Source: a virus (taxonomy: Duplodnaviria > Caudoviricetes). Taken from it: 44,376 nucleotides of DNA. This document shows positions 1-8,334 of this stretch, one piece after another (the first letter of the stretch is position 1; every line of letters begins with the position of its first letter). Below the pieces are notes generated by a model. That model did not search any database and was not told the origin of the DNA. It saw only the letters and a list, made by a program, of their open reading frames with translations. Made by a program: the position numbers and the translations under genes. The stretch lies in IMG/VR virus record IMGVR_UViG_3300017746_003174, positions 1 to 44,376 of that record; one strand, given 5' to 3'.

Positions 1-1
1 A

Positions 2-601
2 TCTAGAAAAACAACAGGTAAACTAATTGTAAAAGAATATCCAACTGGTTCAGCACACTCTGGTCATTTTAGAGCATTGTTGAATGAACTTAAATTAAAA
101 CGTAAATTTATTCCTGACATCATTTATATTGATTATCTTAATATATGTGCAAGTTCAAGAATGAAAGGCATGGGAGGAGCAATCAATTCATACTCTTACA
201 TTAAAGCAATTGCTGAAGAGCTACGTGGCCTTGGTGTCGAATTCGACGTACCGATCTTCTCTGCAACGCAAACGACTCGTAGCGGTTTTAGTAACTCGGA
301 TGTTGGGCTTGAAGATACGTCCGAATCTTTTGGATTACCCGCTACCGCCGATTTAATGTTTGCATTGATCTCCACAGAAGAACTTGATCAACAAGGACAA
401 ATGATGGTTAAGCAATTGAAGAATAGATATAATGATCCAACACAACATAAAAGATTTGTAGTCGGAGTTGATAGAGCTAAAATGCGTTTATATGATGTTG
501 AAGAAACACAGCAAACTTTAAGTGATGATACTCCAGTGTTTGATAAGAGTAAAACAGCTGAACGTGTAGATGCTGAAAAATTTAAGGGATTTAAGTTATG
601 A
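2..601 (+). CDS. gp41: T4 gp41-like replicative DNA helicase, C-terminal part (5' end outside window)
   Basis: Frame is open from position 2 (SRKTTGKLIVKEYPTGSAH...). It carries DnaB-family motifs IYIDYL, SATQTTR, TSESFGLPATAD and KQLKNRY. Confidence 0.95.
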   Translation, partial: SRKTTGKLIVKEYPTGSAHSGHFRALLNELKLKRKFIPDIIYIDYLNICASSRMKGMGGAINSYSYIKAIAEELRGLGVEFDVPIFSATQTTRSGFSNSDVGLEDTSESFGLPATADLMFALISTEELDQQGQMMVKQLKNRYNDPTQHKRFVVGVDRAKMRLYDVEETQQTLSDDTPVFDKSKTAERVDAEKFKGFKL

Positions 602-942
602 TAGCAGGTAAAGTATGGGGTCAAACCGAAGAGATTGTAAAAAACGGTGTAATGGAATTTCATCGCATTGAGTTTAAAAAAGGTTACAAATGCTCAGAAC
701 ATCTTCATAAATATAAATGGAATGGTTTCTATGTAGAACAAGGTGAAATGATTGTAAGAGTTTGGCAAGAAGATCAAGGTTTAGTAGATGAAACAAGATT
801 ATTCCCTGGAGATTATTGCCAAGTAAAGCCCGGATTGATACATCAATTTGAAGGTGTTGAAGACGGCATTGCCTTTGAATTATATTGGGCAGAATTTAAT
901 CATAATGACATAGTGCGTAGAACATCAGGATCAGAAGTATGA
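598..942 (+). CDS. cupin-domain protein
   Basis: Cupin motifs CSEHLH...FYVEQG and PGLIHQF; ATGA overlap with the helicase stop. Confidence 0.75.
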   Translation: MIAGKVWGQTEEIVKNGVMEFHRIEFKKGYKCSEHLHKYKWNGFYVEQGEMIVRVWQEDQGLVDETRLFPGDYCQVKPGLIHQFEGVEDGIAFELYWAEFNHNDIVRRTSGSEV

Positions 943-1616
943 AAGCAAGATTAATAAGTTACTCACAAACACCAACACAAACAGTAGGAGATCTATATGT
1001 CCCTGAAGGTATCAACGAACTCGTGGCGTATTGCGCCCGTGTCTCCAATCCATCGAACCAAGAATCATCTGCGACGACCGAAAAGTTGTTATCCTATCTT
1101 GCCAGGGAAAAACATTGGTCTCCGTTCGAAATGGTATCTGCTTGCTTAGAAATTGAAACAACACGAGATATTGCTCGTCAAATTCTAAGACATAGGTCAT
1201 TCTCTTTTCAAGAGTTTAGCCAAAGATATGCAGATCCAGATGATATGGATAACATGTTTGAATATAGTGAAGCTCGATTGCAAGATACAAAGAATAGACA
1301 AAATTCTATTGAAGTAGAAGATAAACAATTACAGCTTGATTGGGAACGTGCACAACGCAGAATTGGTGTACTTGCTAGGAAAGAATATGATTGGGCTATT
1401 CGTAAAGGTATTGCAAAAGAACAAGCACGTAAAGTATTGCCTGAAGGTATTACTAAATCGCGTATGTATGTGAATGGTACATTGAGAAGCTGGATTCATT
1501 TTATCGATCTAAGATCAAGCAACGGAACGCAGAAAGAGCACATGGTTATTGCTAGGGAATGTGCTAAAGTAATTTCTAAAATTTATCCTAGCATTGTGGA
1601 GTATAGTCATGAATAA
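939..1616 (+). CDS. thyX: flavin-dependent thymidylate synthase
   Basis: HWSPFE, the ThyX motif RQILRHRSFSFQEFSQRY, EQARKVLP and TQKEH. Confidence 0.97.
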   Translation: MKARLISYSQTPTQTVGDLYVPEGINELVAYCARVSNPSNQESSATTEKLLSYLAREKHWSPFEMVSACLEIETTRDIARQILRHRSFSFQEFSQRYADPDDMDNMFEYSEARLQDTKNRQNSIEVEDKQLQLDWERAQRRIGVLARKEYDWAIRKGIAKEQARKVLPEGITKSRMYVNGTLRSWIHFIDLRSSNGTQKEHMVIARECAKVISKIYPSIVEYSHE

Positions 1617-2028
1617 AAGAGATGCAAATAATCACGTAGAAGGTGATATGGAGCTAATGAATCAAATGCAATATCATTTTGCATTTGATGGTGGAGGAAG
1701 TCTTGGTCATGCACCACCAGTAAGAGATTATAGTGTAACTTATTCAGGCACTCTTGGATCTCCGGATTATAAATTTAATGAAGGTGCTTTAATTGCTGAG
1801 TTTAAAGAGTATATTGATTCAACTTATAATTCACATTATTCAAAAGAAAAGTTTCAAGCTACAGAATTTATTATTGACGGCGGTCATGGAACAGGATTTT
1901 GCATCGGTAATGTATTAAAGTATGCACAAAGATATGGCAAAAAAGGTACTAAGTCTGATGCGAGAAAAGACTTACTGAAGGTATTACATTATGCTTTAAT
2001 TCAATTGAGCATACATGATTCTGAATAA
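1609..2028 (+). CDS. DUF3310 / T7 gp1.7-like nucleotide kinase-family protein
   Basis: SHY...GFCIGNVLKYAQRYGKK...DLLKVLHYA signature. The ATG at 1609 follows GGAG. Confidence 0.7.
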   Translation: MNKRDANNHVEGDMELMNQMQYHFAFDGGGSLGHAPPVRDYSVTYSGTLGSPDYKFNEGALIAEFKEYIDSTYNSHYSKEKFQATEFIIDGGHGTGFCIGNVLKYAQRYGKKGTKSDARKDLLKVLHYALIQLSIHDSE

Positions 2029-2029
2029 G

Positions 2030-2037
2030 TATAAATA
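2030..2037 (+). promoter_or_regulatory. T4-type late promoter TATAAATA, likely driving tmRNA
   Basis: Exact T4 gp55 consensus immediately upstream of the tmRNA acceptor piece. Confidence 0.75.
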
Positions 2038-2041
2038 GAGA

Positions 2042-2104
2042 TATAGTGATGAAGCAATTCAAAAGCTAGACAGGACCCGGGGGCAGTACCCGGCGCCTCC
2101 ACCA
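2042..2104 (+). ncRNA. ssrA: two-piece (circularly permuted) tmRNA, acceptor piece
   Basis: T-arm CCGGG-GGCAGTA-CCCGG followed by CGCCTCC-A-CCA. This pairs with GGGGGCG at 2369 and gives a G3.U70 alanine identity pair. The 5' end is approximate. Confidence 0.9.
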
Positions 2105-2122
2105 TAAACACACTAGGGTATT

Positions 2123-2356
2123 ATGACTAAAATAACTAAAGAAAATACACCTAACAAATATGTAAGATGGTTTTGTTGGTTTATACAATTCAGATATGTA
2201 TGGGACATAACCACTTTACTTGAAAAATATCTCCCTATGGAGAAGGTGTATAGATTTTTAGGGTATTGGTTATTTTGGTTAATATGGTTTTGTGTACTAC
2301 TACTTATGTTGTACAAAATCACAGGAAGTATGGAATTCCTTCTTTGGTTTGAATAG
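2123..2356 (+). CDS. Trp-rich membrane protein located within the tmRNA intervening segment
   Basis: 77-aa ORF with an AGGG RBS and a hydrophobic C-terminal half, filling almost the whole intervening segment. Confidence 0.65.
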   Translation: MTKITKENTPNKYVRWFCWFIQFRYVWDITTLLEKYLPMEKVYRFLGYWLFWLIWFCVLLLMLYKITGSMEFLLWFE

Positions 2357-2368
2357 TGTTTTTATGAT

Positions 2369-2543
2369 GGGGGCGAACTAGGATCGACTGGTAGTAAGTA
2401 GGAGACGTGGAGCTATCCCGATGTAAGCTGGGTTAACGCGAACAAAACGAATAATTGCAAATGACAATTATGCGCCAGAAATGGCAATTGCTGCCTAGTA
2501 GGTAAGCGGGGTCTGGAGGTACCTAGCAACAGAAACCTTCAAC
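2369..2543 (+). ncRNA. ssrA: two-piece tmRNA, coding piece; tag (A)ANDNYAPEMAIAA
   Basis: Starts GGGGGCGAA...GGATCGAC. Resume codon GCA at 2457; the tag reading frame 2457-2498 encodes ANDNYAPEMAIAA*, an alphaproteobacterial type. The 3' end is approximate. Confidence 0.9.
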
Positions 2544-2565
2544 TTATTTTTATAGGAGACTTTGA

Positions 2566-3630
2566 ATGCCGCCTAGAAATCATAGAAACTGGTTAAGTAA
2601 ACCAAATGTAGAAGCAGTGAGCAGTGAAATTTATTCAAGCCACGATATCTACAAACAAGAAATTAAAACTATTTTCAATAAGGTGTGGGTTCCTATATGT
2701 CATATCTCAGAGATGTATAATGAAGGAAACTACAGAACATCACAGATTGCAGGTCAAAATGTAATTGCAGTAAATACTAAAGATGGTGTTAGAGCATATC
2801 GTAATTATGGATTTAATTCACCTTCTGGCACAGTAGCTGCACCAATTGTAACGGTTGAACCACAATTACATTGCGAAGTAAAACATGGTGGAATGGTTTG
2901 GATTACACTAGATCCTAATCCTACACAATCTGTAGATGAATGGACAGCAGGTGCATTTGATTGTATTGCTGATGCTATTGATACAGAAGAAATGGAAGTC
3001 TTTCACTATCACAAAGCTGTGATTGATACTAACTATAAATTGTGGCATGATACTAACAGTGAATTCTATCACGACTTCATGCACTACTTTAATAGAGTGA
3101 GTGGATTTAATGATGAATATTTCGCTAGAAAGAATATTGCTTTTGATAATGGCCACGTTAACGTGTCTAGCTTTACTGTTAACTATACTGAGTATGACGG
3201 CTTTGAGGATAGAGGGGAGTTATCTTTTCCCAATCTGCCGCCCAACCAGTGGTACATGGTTGACCTATTCCCCGGTTTCAATTTCAACTTACGGGGTTCC
3301 GCATATCGTTCAGACTCAGTAACACCACTTGGTCCTAATAAAGTTCTTATTGAATTCCGTGGTTATGGTCTACGTAAAGATACTCCAGAAGAAAGACAAA
3401 CAAGAATCAAACATCATAATTCTATTTGGGGACCATTCGGTCGTAACCTACATGAAGATTTGATTGGTGTTGCGGGTCAAGGTACTACAATGAGAGAAGG
3501 CACTGAGGCAAGAAATATTCTTCATGGTCGACATGAGAATCGTACTATCCACGATGAAGTTGGCATGAGACATTATTACTCTGAGTGGGGTAAATATTTA
3601 GATGTAGATCCATATGATATGGCAGCGTAG
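2566..3630 (+). CDS. ring-hydroxylating (Rieske-family) oxygenase alpha subunit lacking Rieske cluster ligands
   Basis: Typical N-terminus (EIY...IFNKVWVPICHISE) and catalytic motifs NYKLWHDTNSEFYHDFMH and ED. No CxH...CxxH is present. GGAG RBS. Confidence 0.8.
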   Translation: MPPRNHRNWLSKPNVEAVSSEIYSSHDIYKQEIKTIFNKVWVPICHISEMYNEGNYRTSQIAGQNVIAVNTKDGVRAYRNYGFNSPSGTVAAPIVTVEPQLHCEVKHGGMVWITLDPNPTQSVDEWTAGAFDCIADAIDTEEMEVFHYHKAVIDTNYKLWHDTNSEFYHDFMHYFNRVSGFNDEYFARKNIAFDNGHVNVSSFTVNYTEYDGFEDRGELSFPNLPPNQWYMVDLFPGFNFNLRGSAYRSDSVTPLGPNKVLIEFRGYGLRKDTPEERQTRIKHHNSIWGPFGRNLHEDLIGVAGQGTTMREGTEARNILHGRHENRTIHDEVGMRHYYSEWGKYLDVDPYDMAA

Positions 3631-3632
3631 AG

Positions 3633-3752
3633 ATGAAGATGATTAAAAAAATAAAAGCATACTTTGCAAATTGGATTGCTAAGATAGAAGAAAAAAATAA
3701 ACCTGTCGGATATCTTGGCAGGGATGTGGCTAAAAAGAAATATGTTGAATGA
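3633..3752 (+). CDS. small hypothetical protein (39 aa)
   Basis: MKMIKKIKAYFANWIAKIEEKNKPVGYLGRDVAKKKYVE*; fills the gap between its neighbours. Confidence 0.55.
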   Translation: MKMIKKIKAYFANWIAKIEEKNKPVGYLGRDVAKKKYVE

Positions 3753-4305
3753 TTTAATATGGGCCTATGTGACTTATTGGTTACTTGCTCTCGTTGGAAT
3801 AACATGGGGCTATCATAGGTATTTTGCACATAAAGAAATAAGCCCAAAACGTGATTGGGTAGAAGTTGTAATGCTATTTTGTGGTAATCTTTGTGGATTA
3901 ACCAGCCCATTGACTTGGGTTGGAGTCCATAGGATGCATCATGCTGAACATGATTCTTATAAAGATCCACATTCTCCGCTCCATCATTCTTGGTGGACTA
4001 TTATATTTACGACTTGGAAAATCAAATCAATTCCACGTAAATATATTAAAGACGTAATTAAAAATCCTAGAGTCATGTTCTTTCATAGACATGGTTTAAA
4101 AGTCTGGGCTGCAACAGCAATGGCTACTTTATTTCATAGTCCAACATTATTTTTATCAGTATGTGTTGGACCTGTTATCTTAGCTCGTTTGGGTTTTGGT
4201 CTTCTTAACTATTTTGGACATAAGAATGGAAAGCCAATAAACAGACCTTGGCTTAACATCATTGCTCCATTGGAAGGTAATCATGCAAAACACCATGAAG
4301 TTTAA
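3742..4305 (+). CDS. fatty acid desaturase (delta-9 type)
   Basis: His boxes GYHRYFAH, WVGVHRMHH, DPHSP and EGNHAKHH, with hydrophobic segments. Confidence 0.9.
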   Translation: MLNDLIWAYVTYWLLALVGITWGYHRYFAHKEISPKRDWVEVVMLFCGNLCGLTSPLTWVGVHRMHHAEHDSYKDPHSPLHHSWWTIIFTTWKIKSIPRKYIKDVIKNPRVMFFHRHGLKVWAATAMATLFHSPTLFLSVCVGPVILARLGFGLLNYFGHKNGKPINRPWLNIIAPLEGNHAKHHEV

Positions 4306-5020
4306 AAAAGAAATTGCTTTAACTGAAGGACACCTATCAGCAGCATTATGTAAGAAAGTACGCAATGGAGACATAGGCGTATTAATTATTAGAGAAGCAA
4401 ATGAAGATATTGAAAGTATTTCTAAACTAAAACTATTACCACAAGATCTGTATGGTTCTAAAGTCATACCCGTAGGAGGAGATGACAACACAAAGTCTAC
4501 CCACGTATGGCATGAAACAGAGATGCTGTGGCATAATGATAGAGCTTATTCTAGCGATTGTCATCCGGTTGTAGGTTTATATTGTCAGTCAGCACCTAAA
4601 GGAAGCGCTACTACAAGATTTTGCGATATGCAAGCTGCATGGTTTGATGCACCTCAAGAGTTAAAAGACAAATCTAATATTAATTGTTTAAACACTGTAG
4701 ATAAGTATTTTGTGCAAGCTGAATATCCTCATACGTTTAAAGAAGATAGAGCTGAAAAGATATATCGTAGGAGAGCAAAGGCAGAACATCCTTTGACTAT
4801 GAAAGATTCAACAGGGGCGTGGTTCTTTTTTAGCCCTGCTTATACGTGGTGTGATCATGAAGATGAATTGATGGAGCATTGTTTTCAAGAAAAATATATC
4901 TATGAACATCACTGGAATGAAAACGATTTATTGGTTTATAATAATCTAAAAGTAGTACACGCTCGAGGGAAAACTCCTACAGAAATTAAAAGGAGACATC
5001 TTCGTTACGCTTTAAGTTAA
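4295..5020 (+). CDS. TauD/TfdA-family Fe(II)/2OG dioxygenase
   Basis: WHND, T.FCDMQAAW, HHW...DLLVYNN..VVHAR and RRHLR. Confidence 0.85.
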   Translation: MKFKKEIALTEGHLSAALCKKVRNGDIGVLIIREANEDIESISKLKLLPQDLYGSKVIPVGGDDNTKSTHVWHETEMLWHNDRAYSSDCHPVVGLYCQSAPKGSATTRFCDMQAAWFDAPQELKDKSNINCLNTVDKYFVQAEYPHTFKEDRAEKIYRRRAKAEHPLTMKDSTGAWFFFSPAYTWCDHEDELMEHCFQEKYIYEHHWNENDLLVYNNLKVVHARGKTPTEIKRRHLRYALS

Positions 5021-5534
5021 GAGATCCTATATAGAATATTCGTTGAGAACATGCTTGGCATTTATCCTCACACGTCCAATACTCTTCATGCGTAAGAGTC
5101 CAATCAAAACAAGTATTAGAGTTAAATCCATGATTAATCCGTTTCAATCTTCCTTCATGTTTATCTTCTCGACTAACGAAAATGTCGTGAATATTATGGG
5201 TCTTAGCTTTCTTCACTTGTTGCTCTAATTGTAAAGATATAGGAATATATTGACCATTCGAGGTTTTACGTGGAACAAGTCCGTTTGTTCCTCCAACAAG
5301 ATATAAGCGAGTAAGTGCTCTTGCCATACCATTATAGGTTGGCTTAATAACAACAGTAGATCCTAGAACGGGTCTTTTGTTTTCTAAAGTAATGCTATAT
5401 AATATAGTATCATCAGTAAATACACGATCTTCTGTGTAATTATCTGGCAAACGATTACGAGGATCTTTACGAGCCATTTCATATAGCTCGTACATCTCAG
5501 GTAAAGGATTATGCGAAGTGAAAGTTTCTAACAT
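4986..5534 (-). CDS. hypothetical protein, possibly GNAT/acyltransferase-like
   Basis: 182-aa ORF filling an otherwise empty interval. ARALTRLY and IFVSRE are loosely GNAT-like. The start may be 5495. Confidence 0.55.
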   Translation of the reverse strand: MLETFTSHNPLPEMYELYEMARKDPRNRLPDNYTEDRVFTDDTILYSITLENKRPVLGSTVVIKPTYNGMARALTRLYLVGGTNGLVPRKTSNGQYIPISLQLEQQVKKAKTHNIHDIFVSREDKHEGRLKRINHGFNSNTCFDWTLTHEEYWTCEDKCQACSQRIFYIGSLNLKRNEDVSF

Positions 5535-6132
5535 TGATAGTATATATTACGACAAATTATTAAAGTTTGGCAATGTCATTCCTTTAAAGATTAGAGATAA
5601 TCCACAAGAGTTTCTTCAAAATATACAAGTTTTTGATGATAGTTGGAGACAATATAATCCTAATAAAGATATTAAGCGAAAAGGATTAAGTATTACTTCT
5701 CTAGAAGGTAAGTTTGAAGGTCCTGATTTAGACACTATAGGACAATCACAATATGATGAGTCTTCTTTTAGAATAGAAACACCGGCTGCAGGATTTGCAC
5801 GAAAGTGGTTAGATCCATTCAAAGGTTCTGTAGTAAGATCACATGTGATACATCTGGAGCCGGGAGGGTATTTCCCTACACATCGTGATGACTTCCGTGA
5901 CGAGATTACAACTATGAGGATTTTTATTCCTCTACAGAATTGTAATCCTGATGATGGTATGTGGTTTATGTTAGAAGATAAAGCGTTGCAGTTTAAATAC
6001 GGTAGATCTTATTTCATTAATACTTGTTTGTCTCATACAGTATTTGCAACATTACATTCTTATTTCTTAGTCATGAATGTAGAAGTCAACAAAGATACGT
6101 ATATGACTATTATGAAATATATGTCTAAATAG
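5518..6132 (+). CDS. aspartyl/asparaginyl beta-hydroxylase-like Fe(II)/2OG oxygenase
   Basis: LEPGGYFPTHRD, RIFIPL and FINTCLSHTV. Confidence 0.8.
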   Translation: MKVSNIDSIYYDKLLKFGNVIPLKIRDNPQEFLQNIQVFDDSWRQYNPNKDIKRKGLSITSLEGKFEGPDLDTIGQSQYDESSFRIETPAAGFARKWLDPFKGSVVRSHVIHLEPGGYFPTHRDDFRDEITTMRIFIPLQNCNPDDGMWFMLEDKALQFKYGRSYFINTCLSHTVFATLHSYFLVMNVEVNKDTYMTIMKYMSK

Positions 6133-6133
6133 A

Positions 6134-6577
6134 TTATAATTGTTTTTGAGAAGATTCTATGATTTCAAAATTAGGATGCTCTGAAAGAATTTGAATGAGC
6201 TGAGAGAATGGAGAATATTCTTCACATTTTTCGAAACATTCTTGATCGTTATATTTACGAGTCATTTTGATATATCCTTCTTGAGTAAGACTGACATGTC
6301 GTTCCATTCGCTTTCCTGTGTTTGAATAAGCTACTGCATCTCCAGCACGATCATCTGCGTATGTTGTAAATACCTGTTCTCTTACGCCACCTACTTTTGT
6401 ACTTCCATCTCTAAAAGTAACAGTCCTCTTTCCATCTTCAGCAAATGATTGCTGATTCTCTATATACTTAGGAAACGTTTCATCTATAAGATTTTTCATA
6501 GATCTTACAGCTGTAAACACATTGGTTATTTCACCATATTTTGATTTAACCACGACGGTTTGTAGTGTCTTTGACAT
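6134..6577 (-). CDS. hypothetical protein
   Basis: 147-aa ORF with an AAGGAG RBS and an upstream minus-strand TATAAATA. Confidence 0.75.
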   Translation of the reverse strand: MSKTLQTVVVKSKYGEITNVFTAVRSMKNLIDETFPKYIENQQSFAEDGKRTVTFRDGSTKVGGVREQVFTTYADDRAGDAVAYSNTGKRMERHVSLTQEGYIKMTRKYNDQECFEKCEEYSPFSQLIQILSEHPNFEIIESSQKQL

Positions 6578-6595
6578 AAGTTACTCCTTTTGTAC

Positions 6596-6603
6596 TATTT
6601 ATA
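6596..6603 (-). promoter_or_regulatory. late promoter TATAAATA
   Basis: TATTTATA on the + strand, upstream of ORF 6577. Confidence 0.7.
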
Positions 6604-6636
6604 CGAAAAAAAAATGCACTTAAATGAAAATAGTTG

Positions 6637-6665
6637 TGTACTTTACATGAAAACTATGGTATAAT
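6637..6665 (+). promoter_or_regulatory. early sigma70-type promoter (repeated cassette)
   Basis: TGTACT-17nt-TATAAT with extended TG(G). Confidence 0.85.
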
Positions 6666-6698
6666 AGTATTATAAAATAGAAAAGGAAAGGAAATTTT

Positions 6699-6908
6699 AT
6701 GAAATATACATTAACCACTGATATTGATTACAATACAACTAAATCGGAAATCACACTTTTCGCTAATACACACGGTTGTAAATTATCAAAATTCAAAATC
6801 AACGGTCCGGCTGGGGGAAATCACATCTGTGAATTCTCATCAAACAACCTTGATTTTATCCAAGAATTATGTGATCAACTGGAATTACCATATTCTAAAA
6901 TCATTTAA
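6699..6908 (+). CDS. hypothetical early protein
   Basis: 69-aa ORF after the early promoter, with an AAGGA RBS. Confidence 0.75.
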   Translation: MKYTLTTDIDYNTTKSEITLFANTHGCKLSKFKINGPAGGNHICEFSSNNLDFIQELCDQLELPYSKII

Positions 6909-6942
6909 ATGAAAAAAAAATGAGCTTCTGCTCACTTTTTTG

Positions 6943-6971
6943 TTTACATGAGAACAAAAGTATGGTATAAT
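6943..6971 (+). promoter_or_regulatory. early promoter
   Basis: TTTACA-17nt-TATAAT. Confidence 0.85.
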
Positions 6972-7004
6972 ATATCTATAAAATGGAAAAAGGAAAGAAA
7001 ACCA

Positions 7005-7280
7005 ATGTTAAATAAATCTGAAATGTCAAAAATCCAAGCATTCTTAATCGAAGCAGATTCTGCTCAAATGTCAGAAATTGCTCAAATGTTTAATGATGCA
7101 CGTAATCTAAAAGTTGCTCGTGCGGCTAGGTCTTTTACTGTAGGACAAACCGTTAAATGGAATGGTAAGCGTGGCTCAATGAGTGGTACGGTTATCAAAG
7201 TTCTTAAAAAGAATGTTCGTGTGGCTACAAAATCAGATGGTGTTTGGAATGTAACCGCATCACTTTTGAAAGCCGCTTAA
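7005..7280 (+). CDS. hypothetical early protein with SH3/KOW-like C-terminus
   Basis: Start reassigned to the ATG at 7005, downstream of the promoter and RBS. FTVGQTVKW...GTVIKV; ends in AA. Confidence 0.75.
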   Translation: MLNKSEMSKIQAFLIEADSAQMSEIAQMFNDARNLKVARAARSFTVGQTVKWNGKRGSMSGTVIKVLKKNVRVATKSDGVWNVTASLLKAA

Positions 7281-7314
7281 TTGAAAAAAAATTCATGTAA
7301 AGTGAAAATAATTG

Positions 7315-7343
7315 TTTACTTTACATGAAAACTATGGTATAAT
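7315..7343 (+). promoter_or_regulatory. early promoter
   Basis: TTTACT-17nt-TATAAT. Confidence 0.85.
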
Positions 7344-7386
7344 AATACTATAAAATGAAAACAAAGTCTTAAGGAGACATTATATT

Positions 7387-8334
7387 ATGAGTCATGAAAT
7401 TGAAACAATGGCATATGCCGGCGAAGTACCTTGGCACGGTCTTGGAGAGAAAGTCTCTAATGATCTTACCACCGACCAAATGCTAGTAAAAGCAGGTCTT
7501 AATTGGTCTGTCCACGAAGTGGAGTCTTATGTAGACTTCCAAGGTGAAAAAATTAAAACTGGTCAAAAATCTTTGATCAGGTCATCTGACCAGAGAGTTC
7601 TTACCAATGTTGGTGAAAACTGGATGCCAGTTCAGAACCAAGAAGCATTTGACTTCTTCTCTGAATTTGTAATGTCAGGTGATATGGAAATGCATACTGC
7701 TGGATCCCTTTTAGGTGGAAAGATTGTATGGGCTTTAGCTAAAATCAAAGAGTCATTTGATGTCTTTGGTGAAGATAAAGTCGATTCATATCTTTTATTC
7801 TCAAATCCACATATGTATGGTAAGTCAATCAATATTAGATTTACCCCAATTCGAGTAGTGTGTAACAACACCTTGACGCTATCTCTTGGTCAGCAAGTTG
7901 AGAATGCTGTTAAAATTGGACATAGGTCTGAATTTAAGCCTGATAGTGTAAAAGAGACTCTTGGACTTGCATCTGAAAAGTTTGCACAGTACAAGGAAAT
8001 GGCAGAATTCTTAGGTTCTAAGAAGTATGACATGGATAGTCTTATTCAATACTACAACGAAGTGTTCCCGCGTACATCTGGAACTGCTGATCTAAAAGAT
8101 ACTAAGACTCTTCATACCTGTGCAAAACAAGCTTTGGATGTGATTGAAACACAACCCGGTGCACATTTTGCAGAAGGTTCTTGGTGGCAGGCACTTAACA
8201 GTGTCACTTTTATCACTGACCACGTACAAGGTCAATCACAAGACTCACGTATGAGTTCTAACTGGTTTGGTAGAAATCAAATACGTAAAGTCAAAGCAGC
8301 TGAAAAAGCTGTAGAATATGCGAGTGCAAGTTAA
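7387..8334 (+). CDS. DUF932-family phage/plasmid protein
   Basis: PWHGLG, PVQNQEAFDFF, HTAGSL, TPIRVVCNNTL and GSWWQALNSVT...DH. Confidence 0.85.
   Translation: MSHEIETMAYAGEVPWHGLGEKVSNDLTTDQMLVKAGLNWSVHEVESYVDFQGEKIKTGQKSLIRSSDQRVLTNVGENWMPVQNQEAFDFFSEFVMSGDMEMHTAGSLLGGKIVWALAKIKESFDVFGEDKVDSYLLFSNPHMYGKSINIRFTPIRVVCNNTLTLSLGQQVENAVKIGHRSEFKPDSVKETLGLASEKFAQYKEMAEFLGSKKYDMDSLIQYYNEVFPRTSGTADLKDTKTLHTCAKQALDVIETQPGAHFAEGSWWQALNSVTFITDHVQGQSQDSRMSSNWFGRNQIRKVKAAEKAVEYASAS

Noticed and set aside
2080-2104. Isolated tRNA 3' fragment / prophage attachment site
   Set aside because: Fully explained as the acceptor piece of the permuted tmRNA; no integrase or second copy is present.
6948-7004. 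Upstream starts of ORFs 6948, 35143 and 42400
   Set aside because: These ATGs fall inside the promoter or leader cassette, upstream of the RBS; downstream ATGs are preferred.
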